Positions 35,462-46,900 of a DNA stretch of 58,827 nt are shown here, piece after piece. The position numbers and the translations under genes are program-made. Positions within the stretch are counted from its first letter, which is position 1. Each line of letters opens with the position of its first letter. The DNA comes from Klebsormidium nitens (Eukaryota; Plantae; Klebsormidiophyceae): contig DF237497.1 of NCBI GenBank assembly GCA_000708835.1, forward strand, positions 1-58,827. Direction: 5' to 3'. Below the pieces are notes generated by a model. It searched no databases. It was not told the origin of the DNA and was given only the letters and a program-made list of their open reading frames with translations.

Positions 35462-36507
35462 GAAAAGGCCGTTGCGTCGTTCTCGTGAAGAGCACTTTTC
35501 TGTCCATACTTTTCTGTCCATACTAGGTCTTTGCAGATAGGCTTAGCTCTATCAGGTATGTGCACGCGTAAGTTCAGGACTTAGCATAGGTAGTCTGTAA
35601 CATCATGCTTGCTCGAGAGCCCTGGCTGGCGTTGACCAAGGTCGGGTTCTCAATTTGTCGCTTCGAAGAAGTATAGATTCATTCTCAACGGGGCTACATG
35701 AAGGATCGAGAACCGTACATTCATTATGCAGCAAGCCGTTACATGAATCGGAGCGAACTAAGCCGTCTGGAAAAGTAACATAGGTTGAGAGGCTGATCAA
35801 GCTTCAGGCTTCGATCGAGCCAATGGAGTCCAATTTGATTTGGCGATCCTACCCGACAGATATAAAATTGCTGCAGTGTACTTGTGTGGTCGTGCACAAT
35901 CATTGCACATGAGCGTGCAGGCAATTTGGCAAGAGCTAGCTAGTCACTGCACCATGCCATGAAACATGCATTCGAATGTTAAGGGCCAAGTGAAAATTCA
36001 AGATATGAATCCGATGATCAGAGCACATTTGGGAATTTACAATTTGCCGCGGGCATCACGCAGCATATAGTATATAGGCAGTCCGATGGATCGGTACAAT
36101 ACGAACGCGTGTGCATGCACGGCGTTTGCATGAATTGTGAGGGTATATCCTTCATTGCAAGTTAGTAGTACGTACTGGCACCGAACATATACGTTATATA
36201 TTCGTCATATACGCAATCAACCTCTAGATAAAGCTCCTGGCCGGCCCATGGCTCCGCAGATTAATTGCATACATCATCTAAATTACATCGCAACACGGAA
36301 TCAAATCAATAAAGAAGGCTTCCCAACTCAATCGGCTCAAGTTAGTGCAGAAGTCCATGTTCCCAGAATACACGAGCTCTAGCAGTAGCTATACATTTGC
36401 ATCTTATTGAAGGATCGTGGAAGTCTCGACTCAGACTGCTTAAGAACTAAGGCAAGCAACTTCATTCCCTGAGCTACGTCCGTGCATGTTAGAGTGGCCG
36501 GTTTGCT

Positions 36508-38207
36508 TTAAGCAGGTTTGGGGATCACGGACTCTGGGGGCGGCGGAGAGGTGGTCGTTGAGCGGAGCAAGAGCAGTTGGAACAGCAAACCAAAGAAGTG
36601 CGCTGTGACCACGTTGAAGGATGCCTGCAAGGGTGACGCTGAAAGTTCATCGAATGTGACAGAGAAATTTCTGAGCCAGATGCAGATACAACCGATGATT
36701 CTTTCATGGACCAGCCCGGTACACGAGAGGGAACCTTAGACAAAAACCTTTCGGCTCAAGCAATGTCTCAACGGACAAGGTCCAAATAAAGGCAACAACT
36801 AAAAGGTAACCATCAACTAGCTCTCTGCTTAGACATCCTCCTCTTTCTCCTCAGACATCCTCTCTTCCTGCTTAGACGTCCTATCCATCTCGTTTTCAAA
36901 GATAGCCGGCTGATTGCAGAAGCAACCAGCTACGTACCAATCCAACCCAACGAATAGCATCGAGACACCAAGCCGCAGCGCCTCACCTGGACGAGGAAGA
37001 CGTCGAGTGCCAGCACTGGTGAGAAGCCCTGCGGGGTGTTTGCGAGGTACGGCTGGGACTGGGAGGTGAGTGCCTTGGCCACAAGGAGGCCCACCGTGGC
37101 CTGCGCCCCCAGCAAGGTGGCGGCCAGGCCCACCATGTTCAGGATGAGGCCGTTGCTCAGCTTCTTGATGACGGCCGCGCGGGAGGGGGCCTGGCCCAAC
37201 CAGGAATAAACATCCGATGAGCGAAGGTTTGCGACAATGTCCTACGGTAAGTTGTGTCTTGCCAACTAAAGTACCGTACTTGGAGAGTATGTGCAAGACG
37301 TTCAAGAGGCCCCAATAGATTCCATTGGGAATCTCACCTTGTCAGGATTCTCTGCGCTCTCTTCGAACGTTCTGGCGAGGCGCGAGAAGCGGAAAAAGTT
37401 GAACACGGAGATGAAGGCCGCCACAATGCCCCCGGCGGTGAGGTATGCGCTGATAGCATTGGTGGCCTGGCCAGTGATGGCTACGGAGAAGGCGAGGATC
37501 ACCGCCGACACGACCGCTGTCACAAGCTGCACCCAGAAACCCCAGTTGCCCCACCTGCATGGAGGGTGACAACCAAGATGAGCGAAACTGGTCATATGCA
37601 AACAGAGTCACCACATACAGAAACAGAGATTTCCAAGGAATGGAAAAATCAGAAGGCACTGCAACACCACTTTTCATCGAGGTAAAAGTGAAGACAATCA
37701 TGAAACAAAACAACGGGTGCACACTTCAACGAGCCCGCGAGGCAATGCTGCACTAAGTCCTATTACTCCTTCCGTATATTGTGATATTGTCATAAATCAA
37801 ACGGCCAAAAGCGGCCAAAGGTTGAAGAGCAGCTACCTCCGAAATTCTGATGCAGCCCGCTTGAGCCTGATCGCAACACTTTGCCGTACCCTGTCTTGCT
37901 CAGCGTCCTCAAAGTATGGCGGTGCCGACGCTTCAGGTTTCTCATCCGATCTGTTGAAGAAGTTGCCCAACGAGGCAGATGTGACCGTACGCCCAGCTAC
38001 AGGCTGGCTGTATGGTTTGCAGCTCCGCTTGATCTGCCTACCATTGAAAGAGCTCCTGGTGCAGACATGCAGACTCTGACGTGTTCTTGATGATTTGGCC
38101 AGCACGCAGAACCCAACTTCTCTCCGGACATTGTCGCCACCCGTTTGGGCTTGCATGTGCGATGACGCCCATGGCGCAAGTGGTGCCCTCGCAACAGATG
38201 TTGCCAT
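36508..38207 (-). CDS. TIC21: Chloroplast inner-envelope TIC21/CIA5/PIC1 (DUF3611), ~302 aa
   Basis: Exons 38207-37837, 37554-37338, 37190-36987, 36624-36508; 909 nt. MATS transit peptide; GFWVQLVTAVVSAVILAFS, APSRAAV, LLGAQATVGLLVAKALT, SPVLALDVFLVQASFN, AHFFGL motifs. Confidence 0.95.
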
Positions 38208-38837
38208 TGCCTTGAGCGGCTGGAACTAAATATTTGCAAGAAACCACAAGCGTACTGCTTCAATGTATGTTGTTTATTCGAAAGGTGCTCACTATGCAAG
38301 CAGGTCACGATTCTTGTTAGAAGACGACGATAGCACCAGTAATGTAAACATGCATCGACCCCGGTGCCGCCCTGATCCTTGATGCGTCTCCTGATCAGCG
38401 AACTCCTGTTCGCGCTGTACGTGCAACGTTCAACTTCAAGTGCAATGCCAATGGCAGCGATCGTTCGGTACTCTGATCAGAATCTGCCTGCAATCCAGCT
38501 TTCACTCTGAGACTCGAGAGACTCTAGAGAACCGACTAAGTATATTGGGATATTTTTGGAATGTCATAGGAGGATGAGGCACTGCAAAACCACAATCAAC
38601 AAGTCATTGCTTCTATGAGAAACCGGCTACCAGCAACAGAATTTGGGCGCTAACACGGTACCGTATCTGAAGATACATATCGAGTATACATAGCTGCAAA
38701 TTGGCTGGCAGATGTAATATATAGGTCCTCTATACATTAGGCAGGTCACAGATGTCACGGTATGGAGACTTGTGCTGGCGCAGCAGATCCTCAGCCTCAG
38801 CTCAGATCAAGCCAGCAAACCAAGGACTAAGGTCGCA

Positions 38838-38888
38838 CGTCTTGCTGTGCTTTGAAGGAGGAGAATGCCCTCGTCTTGCTGTGCTTTG
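38838..38888. repeat. 17-bp direct repeat with 34-bp period
   Basis: CGTCTTGCTGTGCTTTG at 38838-38854 and 38872-38888, in the TIC21/CBS2 divergent region. Confidence 0.9.
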
Positions 38889-39238
38889 TCAGGGAAATGT
38901 CGTCTGAAGTCCTTTGGCTCTCGAAGTGCCTCGAAGCCACTGCAGGCTATACTGGATAATCAACATTTGACTTGCTGAAGAAGGATGGAGAATTGGGGGG
39001 GCTGCAGAATTGGAAGCGGCCATGATGACTTCGCTGGCACTAGTTCAGCTGTCGTTTCGTGCTGCAAGAGCTGAGCCTCCAAGTTGCCTTCAATTTGAAA
39101 TTGAAGTAGTGTTAAAAGAATGTTGCAGGTTGTCAACCGCGTGGGAACAAGTAGTGTCTTCCTGCACCAGCATCATTGGATGATTGAATTGCAGGGTCAT
39201 TGCAGCTGCAATGTGGCATCAAGCATAATGAGAGTGTT

Positions 39239-42200
39239 ATGGATTCAGTGCTGAAGCCCTCAAGGCCTCGGATTCTGCCAATAAAAGAGGCAGGTGCGAC
39301 AATAATGACAGACGCAGTGCTCAAGCGGTCTCGTACTAATAGAGGAGATCCTCTAGCAGCCCTTCTATCTGAGGTGCCAGTCTCGATGTTCCAGTGCTCG
39401 GAGAAAGAAGTGAAAGGCAAGTAGTGTCTTCTCTTGATTAATCTCTAAGTTCCTTGTGGGGGAGAGTACTGTCAATTTTATACACATGCAGTCAATGTTT
39501 CAATGAATTGAAACTGCTTTGCTATTTCCAGCTGCAACGAGTTCCATACTTCTCCTTACAAACCCTTGGTCTGTGAAAGCGTAGTTGCGTCTCCTCGGAT
39601 GGTCATGGACAGCGTGCATCTGTGTCCATTTCAAGCTGGGCCACCTTTTTTCAGAGCCCCCTGGTCATCTTTGCTCTCTACCTGTGAGCAGAAATACCAT
39701 GCCCTTACTTGCAGATTGACAGTTTCCTGCTCAAATGATCTAACATGTCTTGCTGGTGGTGCAGCTGTGGAGATCCCTTCGCATAGTACGGTCGGTGCTG
39801 CCATCGAACTGCTCTCGGCGCAGGATGCTTCTTTGGCAGTTGTCGTCGATTCGGATAGCTGGGAGGTGCAAGCAGATTCTCTGAGGGGCGCCCCTTCTCT
39901 TGGCTGCTGTTTGGGGTTGGTGCAGTTGTCGTGGCTCGTCCTCTGGTCACTGGAGCAGGCTGATAGAGCAGAGCATGATGATCAATCAGCCAGCCAGCCA
40001 GGCAGCCCAGTGCCGCCTGCTGCGGAGCTGGCAGCAGACGCAGTCAATCCAGATGGTGTAGATGTGCCCCTTCTGCTGGCCTGGAAATGGACTGGCGAAG
40101 GTGCGTGCAGCCCTGTCCAAGATGTCTCAGGCTGCTCTTATGCTGTTCAACAAGTTTTAAACAGTTCAGATTATAAGCTGGCAACAAAGTGGACAACTCT
40201 GATGTCGGGCATCGATTTGGCTGGTCAGTTTGGACCTTCCAACTCTCTCAAATAGTGGCATTAGACCCTGTTATTTCCGTTACTCCTCACCTCGAGATCA
40301 ATTTCGGTTGGGGCTTTGAATAAATCGAGAGAGACCCGAATTGTGAAAATACGTGAGACAGAAACCAGGCCACATGAAGCTGGAGGATTGAAAGACGTGC
40401 GCTGTCTTCCTGTCCCAGATGTAGGCAGGGAACCAAATTCGGATGCAGCAGCTGTGCCCCTTGGTGACCAGACCCCAGGCCATCACACACATGGGGATAG
40501 TTTGCAAGACTTCAAGGAGGCCATGTCCCATTTCGCATGCTGGCATGTAAAGGTGAGAACTGACACTTATATCCCGTGCTCAACCAAGACCGTGCAGGGC
40601 TGAGCATGTTTAAGAGCCGGGAAGGAGCGGGAATCTCATGTCAAAGTTTTCAAATCGTAGTTGGCCGACTATTTCTGCACCTGGTCCAACCCGCTACAAT
40701 CTGCACTGTGTGCGGTCTCAGCCGAAACTGCGGCTCTCAGACCTTCACGTCGTTCTGCAGGTGACCAGCTTAGCGCGCACGCGCTACTGGCAACCCTTTC
40801 TACCTCTGTCATCGTCCTCAAGCGTCATGGACGCCATCTCGCTCGTAGCGCAGCACGGGCCCTCCGTCATTCCCCTCATCTCCTCTCTGCCGTTCAACAC
40901 GTCCTCGGGTCCAAGCCCCGCCCTCCCTGCCCCTGTGCCTTCTATCCAGGGCTACCTATCCCAGCAAGGGCTCCTGTCCGCCCTCAGCAAGATGTCAGGC
41001 CTGCAGTGGTTCGATGAACTGCTGGCCCAGCGGACACTGTCTCAGCTAAGCGAGAGTTGTATGGAGGCCAGTGTCGCCAGTAGCATGCCCCTAGCAGCCG
41101 CCCTGCTCCAGCTGTGTCGAACGGGGCATGCGGCCTTGCCCATTGTCGATCAAACCGGGATAGGGGCCACCCTCGTGGGCCACCTCGAGGAGCGGGATGC
41201 AGTGAGGCTGGTGAAGAAGCCGGGGCTCTTCCTGCAGAGATGGTGAGTCGTGGCCATCACTGTCTCTAGTGTACTTGGAAACGACCTTGGAAAAGTAACG
41301 AAAGCATACCTACGCATTGACCTCGCTTCGGCTCCTTGATGCTACTGGGTCGCCCATTCAAGGCACATTCAGATTTGGCATCGGCCCCTGTCACTAGCTT
41401 TTCTCTCAGATACACAAGGCATTTTACTTGTTCATCTACTCTGCCATGCCCAAGAATCTTTGGTCGCTCGTGTGAGCCGTTGCCACTCGTTGTGAACCGA
41501 ATAAGAGCTCGAGCAGGTCCCGGCACGTGCTCTTAGCAAGTTCGACCAAGGCGTAATTTCGCCTCGCTTGCTCACACTTGACTTTGCATGCTCGCCGTTC
41601 ATAAGACGTATGTCTCGAGAAGTATCCTCGAATTCGTCACGAAGACCGTGCAGTTGAATGGAGCGATCTTTGAGCCACGATAAACATGAGTAAGCTCTTC
41701 GTGGTCGTCTATCCTTCGCGAGCTGGCGAGTTGATATCCAGAGCAATGACAGTCCTCAGGACTTCCTTTCCGTCAGCAAGCCATGCATCCCGGTCAGAAC
41801 TCTAAATAGAGTTGCGTGCGTGTTTCGTGCAGGAAGGTGAGCGTGGGGGAGTATGTGGGCGAGTTTGGCCCAGGGGTCCGTACTCTCGATGACAGCGTCC
41901 GACATGAGGCAAGCCCGGGCGAGCAGGGCACCCCGGATGCAGCAGGGCAGCTCGAAGCAAGTTCGAGCTCTCGCGTTGCCGAAGCAGATCAAGGAGGGAC
42001 GGAGGGGGCTTCAGAAGAGCATGGGGCGCTCGTGGCAGGTCGGGGAGCTACGGTTAGCAGCGCTTTGCAAGCCATGGCTCAGGGAGGATACACATATTTG
42101 TTTGTAGTTGGAGGCGCAAACGAGCGGCTCCGCGGAAGAAGGAATGGCACGGATGTCAACAAGATGTCCCCTCGAACCCCACTCGAGGGGACTACGCATG

Positions 42201-42433
42201 CCAGGGACGCCACCAGAGAGGCGAGCAGCACGGGCCAGGAATCGAGGGATGCAAGTGGCGAAGTTTCGTACGTCCTTCATGCGAAGGACTTTATTTCGTT
42301 GCTTTCTCCTACGTCAAGCCTCGAGCTCGGTGTCCAATGGAAAGGTTTCTTCGAAAATGCTCTAGGGCTATGTGGGGACGTGGAGAGAACTCGGAAAACC
42401 TTTTTCAAAGATGATTCGTCGGAAAGCAAGTAG
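39239..42433 (+). CDS. Second, strongly divergent CBS-domain protein (SnRK1 gamma-like paralogue)
   Basis: Likely exons 39239-39416 (GC donor), 39765-40100, possibly 40170-40223, ~40360-40550, 40761-41242, 41833-42433. Residual motifs AVEIPSHSTVGAAIELLS, RYWQPFLPL, QWFDELLAQRTLSQL, LPIVDQ..LVGHLEERDA and KVSVGEYV align with the 24318-28062 gene. Start codon and middle exons are uncertain. Confidence 0.7.
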
Positions 42434-43274
42434 TCGCGTTACATTGGATCTGACTTTGGAAAGATTGTGCTACACGTTGATTGAAGACAGGTCGGACGCT
42501 TGGTAGTTCATGGATTTGCGATGAACCCCCGTCAGCCTGTTACAACTAAATGGTCAGACATGCGAGGAGGAGCACTCCCTTAGCTGAGAGGGTATGTAGC
42601 TTGGCTGAGGTGACCTCCAAACTCGAAAATATGCATTAAACATCTGGCGCCCGACACAAGGTCACTACATACATCGAGGCGGCTCAAGTTGAAGCAAAAG
42701 CTTGCATTGGCCTGAAGGCTTTTCGACCTAATTGCAGTGGAGACCGGACAATGCGCTCCAAGTCTTCTGACTTAGTTTTGCATTAAGCCAAGATAATTTA
42801 GCTAGGGCTAATTTTCCATGCTGATCCTCCTCCTTATGACTACAAGCATGGCATACCGTGTACCGCAATCCAATTGATCACCACTAAACAAGAACGCGCC
42901 ATGGTAGCAAGTGCAAATCTATGCATGCAAACAAATAGTACTAGCCAAAGTAGAGTTGGAACCAGGACGTATGAGGCTATGAGCTGCACAACCTGTATGG
43001 CAATTCCAAGAATTCATAGATGAGAGCCGAAAAACACACACGGGAGATTGGTACATGCAAACTCCAGGATTCACCTTCGAGACTCTTAGACTCTGACAAA
43101 CTGCAACGATCCATCAAAAAATGCTCTGAGACGAAGCAAGAGAAGCGAAGGTCGACACATCAAAGTTTCAACACGAGCAACGAACGGCGACGATGAAGTA
43201 GTAAAGATGTGAAAGCGGTTGGTACCGACGGGGATCTTGGCCCGGTTGCACGCGTTTCGAGTCCTTTCGACAGT

Positions 43275-43289
43275 GTTCTCGAAAGTTCT
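43275..43289. promoter_or_regulatory. Perfect three-unit heat shock element (nTTCnnGAAnnTTCn)
   Basis: GTTCT-CGAAA-GTTCT, 659 bp upstream of the Hsp110 ATG. Confidence 0.7.
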
Positions 43290-43672
43290 TTTTCAACTGC
43301 CCTTTGCACAGAAGGACCCACAGGGCCACAGGTGATACCGGTACCGTGGTACCAGGCATCTGAATTTACCGGGTAGATCAGGTTAAAGCTTGTTCCCACT
43401 GCGCACGCACGCCACCTCAGGCTCTTGCGCGCATTCGTATGAACCAAAATGAAGAACATGAAAATTGGTACGTGGACGGTGGTAGGTACCTACCGTAGTC
43501 TTTAATTTGGTATGGAGATTGTTAATTTGAAATTAAATATCGTAAATCATGCAAAATCATGTGCAAAACCCGCGATCTGCCTTGTGCGCAATTGCGTGGT
43601 TAAGAAACTCGTGAAGATGTTAACCCTGTCAAAATCTGGTAAATCGGGCAGTGTCTCCAGCCTCAGGCTCCG

Positions 43673-43697
43673 GCTCAGCTCAGCTCAGCTTAGCTCG
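43673..43697 (+). repeat. (GCTCA)n short tandem repeat upstream of Hsp110
   Basis: GCTCA GCTCA GCTCA GCTTA GCTCG read directly. Confidence 0.8.
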
Positions 43698-43933
43698 GCC
43701 AGCTCGATCATAGCGAGAAGACCTACCGTAGATCCAAGTCACTTCAGCGCGTGCATTCAACGTTCTGAGCGAAGCTTGAACCGCCAGCAAAAGCAGGGGG
43801 CCACCACGCGAGGACAGGAGCGTCAATAGTTGCCTTTTGCAGAGGTGTTTGCACTTTGGAAGGTTTTTAGACAGACATTTTTGCAGCCGGCTCCAGATCT
43901 TGAGAGCGGTTGGCTCCCTCCTTTCTTGGCAAG

Positions 43934-46900
43934 ATGGTGGTCGGATTCGACATCGGCAATGAGAATTGTGTCATTGCTCTTGCGAGGCAAAGAGGCATCG
44001 ATTGTGTCCTCAATGAAGAATCTAAGAGAGAGACACCTTGCATGGTGTCTTTCAATGACAAGCAGCGGCTCATTGGTACTGCTGCAGCGGGTGCTGTCAC
44101 TATGAACCCTAAGAACACAGTAGGGCAGATCAAGCGGCTGATTGGGCGCAAGTTCAGGGAGCCGGAGGTGCAGAGGGAGCTTCAGTTCCTACCATACAAG
44201 GTGGTCGAGGGGCCGGATGGAGATCCACTTGTTAGTGTGATGTACCTAGGGGAGCAGCGGACCTTCACGCCAACCCAGATCCTGGCCGCAATTCTCGGGC
44301 ATCTGAAGGGAATTGCAGAGAAAGATCAGGGGTCCCCGCTGGTGGACTGCGTCATTGGCGTCCCTGTGTTCGCCACAGAGGCTATGCGGCGCTCGTACCT
44401 AGATGCTGCCAAAATTGTTGGCTTGAATCCCCTCAGGCTTATGCACGAGACCGCAGCGACTGCTCTTTCGTGGGGCATCTACAAGACAGATCTGCCTGAC
44501 AACGAAACAGTCAACGTGGCATTTGTGGATGTCGGGCATGCAAGCCTGCAGACCACGGTCGTGGCCTTCAAGAAGGGGCAGCTCAAGATCCTGTCTGAGG
44601 CGTGGGACCGGAATCTTGGTGGCAGGGAGTTTGACGAGGTCCTCTTCAACCACTTTGCGGACGAGTTCAAGGCCAACTACCACATCGACGTCCGCACCAA
44701 CCCGAGGGCGAGCCTGCGCCTCAGGCAGGCGTGCGAGAAGCTCAAGAAAGTGCTGAGCGCCAACCCCGAGGCGCCCATCCAGATTGAGTGCCTCATGGAT
44801 GAGAAGGACGTCAAGGGTTTCATGACCCGGGAGAAGTTTGAGGAGCTCGCTGCTCCTATCCTGGAGCGCGTCAGGCAGCCCCTGGCGGTGGCGCTGGAGG
44901 AGTCGGGCCTGAGTGTGGAGCAGATCAGCGTGGTGGAGGTGGTGGGCTCGGGGTCTCGCGTGCCTGCGATCATGAAGATCCTGTCCTCCTTCTTCAAGCA
45001 GGAGCCCAAGCGCACGATGAATGCAAGCGAGACGGTGGCAAAGGGCACGGCGCTGCAGTGTGCAATGCTGTCCCCCGTGTTCCGCGTTAGAGATTTCCAG
45101 GTGAGAATGTGGTAACGGTTGAGTTGAAAAACTACCAGCAATTAATGAGCTGCACACGAACAAGGTTTGCTGCGCGGATTGGCGTGTTTGATCTGATTGG
45201 AACATCATGTTGCAATCGCATAAGCAGCACGTGGAGTACTTGATTTGAAGTGGCTGTCAATGTGGCAGAATGCTTGTTCTCCAGTCCACTTGTGTCCCTG
45301 ACAGCGGGAGTAGTGCGCTGTTGAATGTGTATCTCAGCTGCTTTCTCTGTTTCTGATGCAGGTGCAAGATGCCTATCCGTACCCGGTCGCATTCTCGTGG
45401 CAGATGAGCGCATCCGACAATGACAAGGTGGAGGGGGAAGACGCGCCTCTCCCTTCCAACAGCGAAGTCTTCAAGAAACTCAACCCCCTGCCAAACTCGA
45501 AGATTGTCAACTTCTACCGGTCCGAGCCATTCAGCCTGGACGCAGTCTATAACGACGCGTCTCTTCTGCCACCAGAGTATCCGACTGTCCTTGGGACCTT
45601 CCAGGTATGTCGCTGCCAGATTTCGTGCATGCCAGATGATGCACAGATGATCAGCTCACTGATTGTGCATTGGGATGCTTGTGTCGGTCCAGCCCTTCGT
45701 CTTGCTCCACATATCTTGCACTCAAGTTTCTCCAACTGTCAAAAATCGGATTGCTGACTTTCTGGTATCCCCCTTGCAGATTGGTCCGTTCACCCCCTCC
45801 AAGCCAAAGGCGGCGGTGCAGCTGAAGGTGAAGGTGAAGCTGAACCTGCACGGCTGCGTCACCGTGGATCAGGCCACCGTAAGTCCACCGCTGCGCTCTT
45901 GCCCCCGCAAGGCGGTTGTTACTCTTATTATCCAATGATGGAACATGGATTGCTCTTATCCAACGATGGAAACAAGGAGAGTGGCAGCCATCTCTCAAAT
46001 GAGCAGCAAGCAGAGGACTTGAGCGATGTGCGAGCATGACCCCGGCACGAACATGCCCTGCCGGACTTCCGCGCTGACGTGTCTGCTCATGATGCAGATG
46101 ATTGAGGAGGAGGAGATCGAGGTGCCAGTCAACAAAGGCGCTGAGGCGACCCCCATGGAGACGGAGGGGGACAAGAAGGAGGAGGCCTCAACTGCTGCGG
46201 GGGATGCGGACATCAAGATGGATGATGCGGAGGCAGGGGCGGCATCGGAGAAACAGGCAGAGGGGGGAGCGGCAGCCAATGGAGATGCAGCAAAGGTGAG
46301 CGCTGAGGCCTTCTTGTGTTTTGCTGGAAGAGTTGAAGATCCCTTTTCCTTTTCTGTTGCGCTTGCTTTTGTTGTTGCTGCTGTGCTCATGTTCAGAAGT
46401 CGAAAGTCGGGTTGTAATCTGGACTGAATGTTGGGGCGTGGTTCTGTGAGAAATTTTTGTTGCTGGTTCCTTCCCCGATTCCCAGCTTTGTCATTGGTCC
46501 TGGGACAAGGCCTTTAGTGTGTTTGAAGCCACTGTTTCTCTTGCTGTGACTCTTTCAAAATATCCACTGTGTAAAGAGTGGGCAGCAGGGCGTTCGTTGC
46601 TTCAATTCTTCAGAGGACATTTCTGTTCGGAGCCTTGTGTCTTCGTAGTGAGGCATGCCTGTTGGGCTTACAATGTCGCGGGCTTTTTTTGGGTTCAGGT
46701 GGAGGTGGTGAAGAAGAAGAAGAGCCGGAAGGTGGACGTGCCGGTGACCGCCAAGGTGTGGGGCGCGCTGAGCCCGCCGGACCTGCAGAAGGCCGTCGAG
46801 GAAGAGTACGAGATGCAGCTGCAGGACAAGATCATCGAGGAGACCAAGGAGAAGAAGAACGCCGTTGAGGCGTACGTCTACAGTATGAGGAACAAGGTGA

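Noticed and set aside
760-43735. Scattered TACCGTA/TACGGTA heptamers (about 7 outside the MITE) resembling mariner excision footprints or solo TIR ends
   Set aside because: About 6 are expected from base composition, and none pairs into an inverted repeat.
44399-45208. 269-aa antisense ORF opposite Hsp110 exon 1
   Set aside because: Long antisense frames opposite HSP70-family genes are a known by-product of GC-rich codon bias. It exactly shadows the sense exon and shows no independent motif.
45630-45670. ATGATG...CTGA in Hsp110 intron 2 as a candidate C/D snoRNA
   Set aside because: The C box is imperfect, the C-to-D spacing is only about 25 nt, and there is no terminal stem or recognisable rRNA guide.
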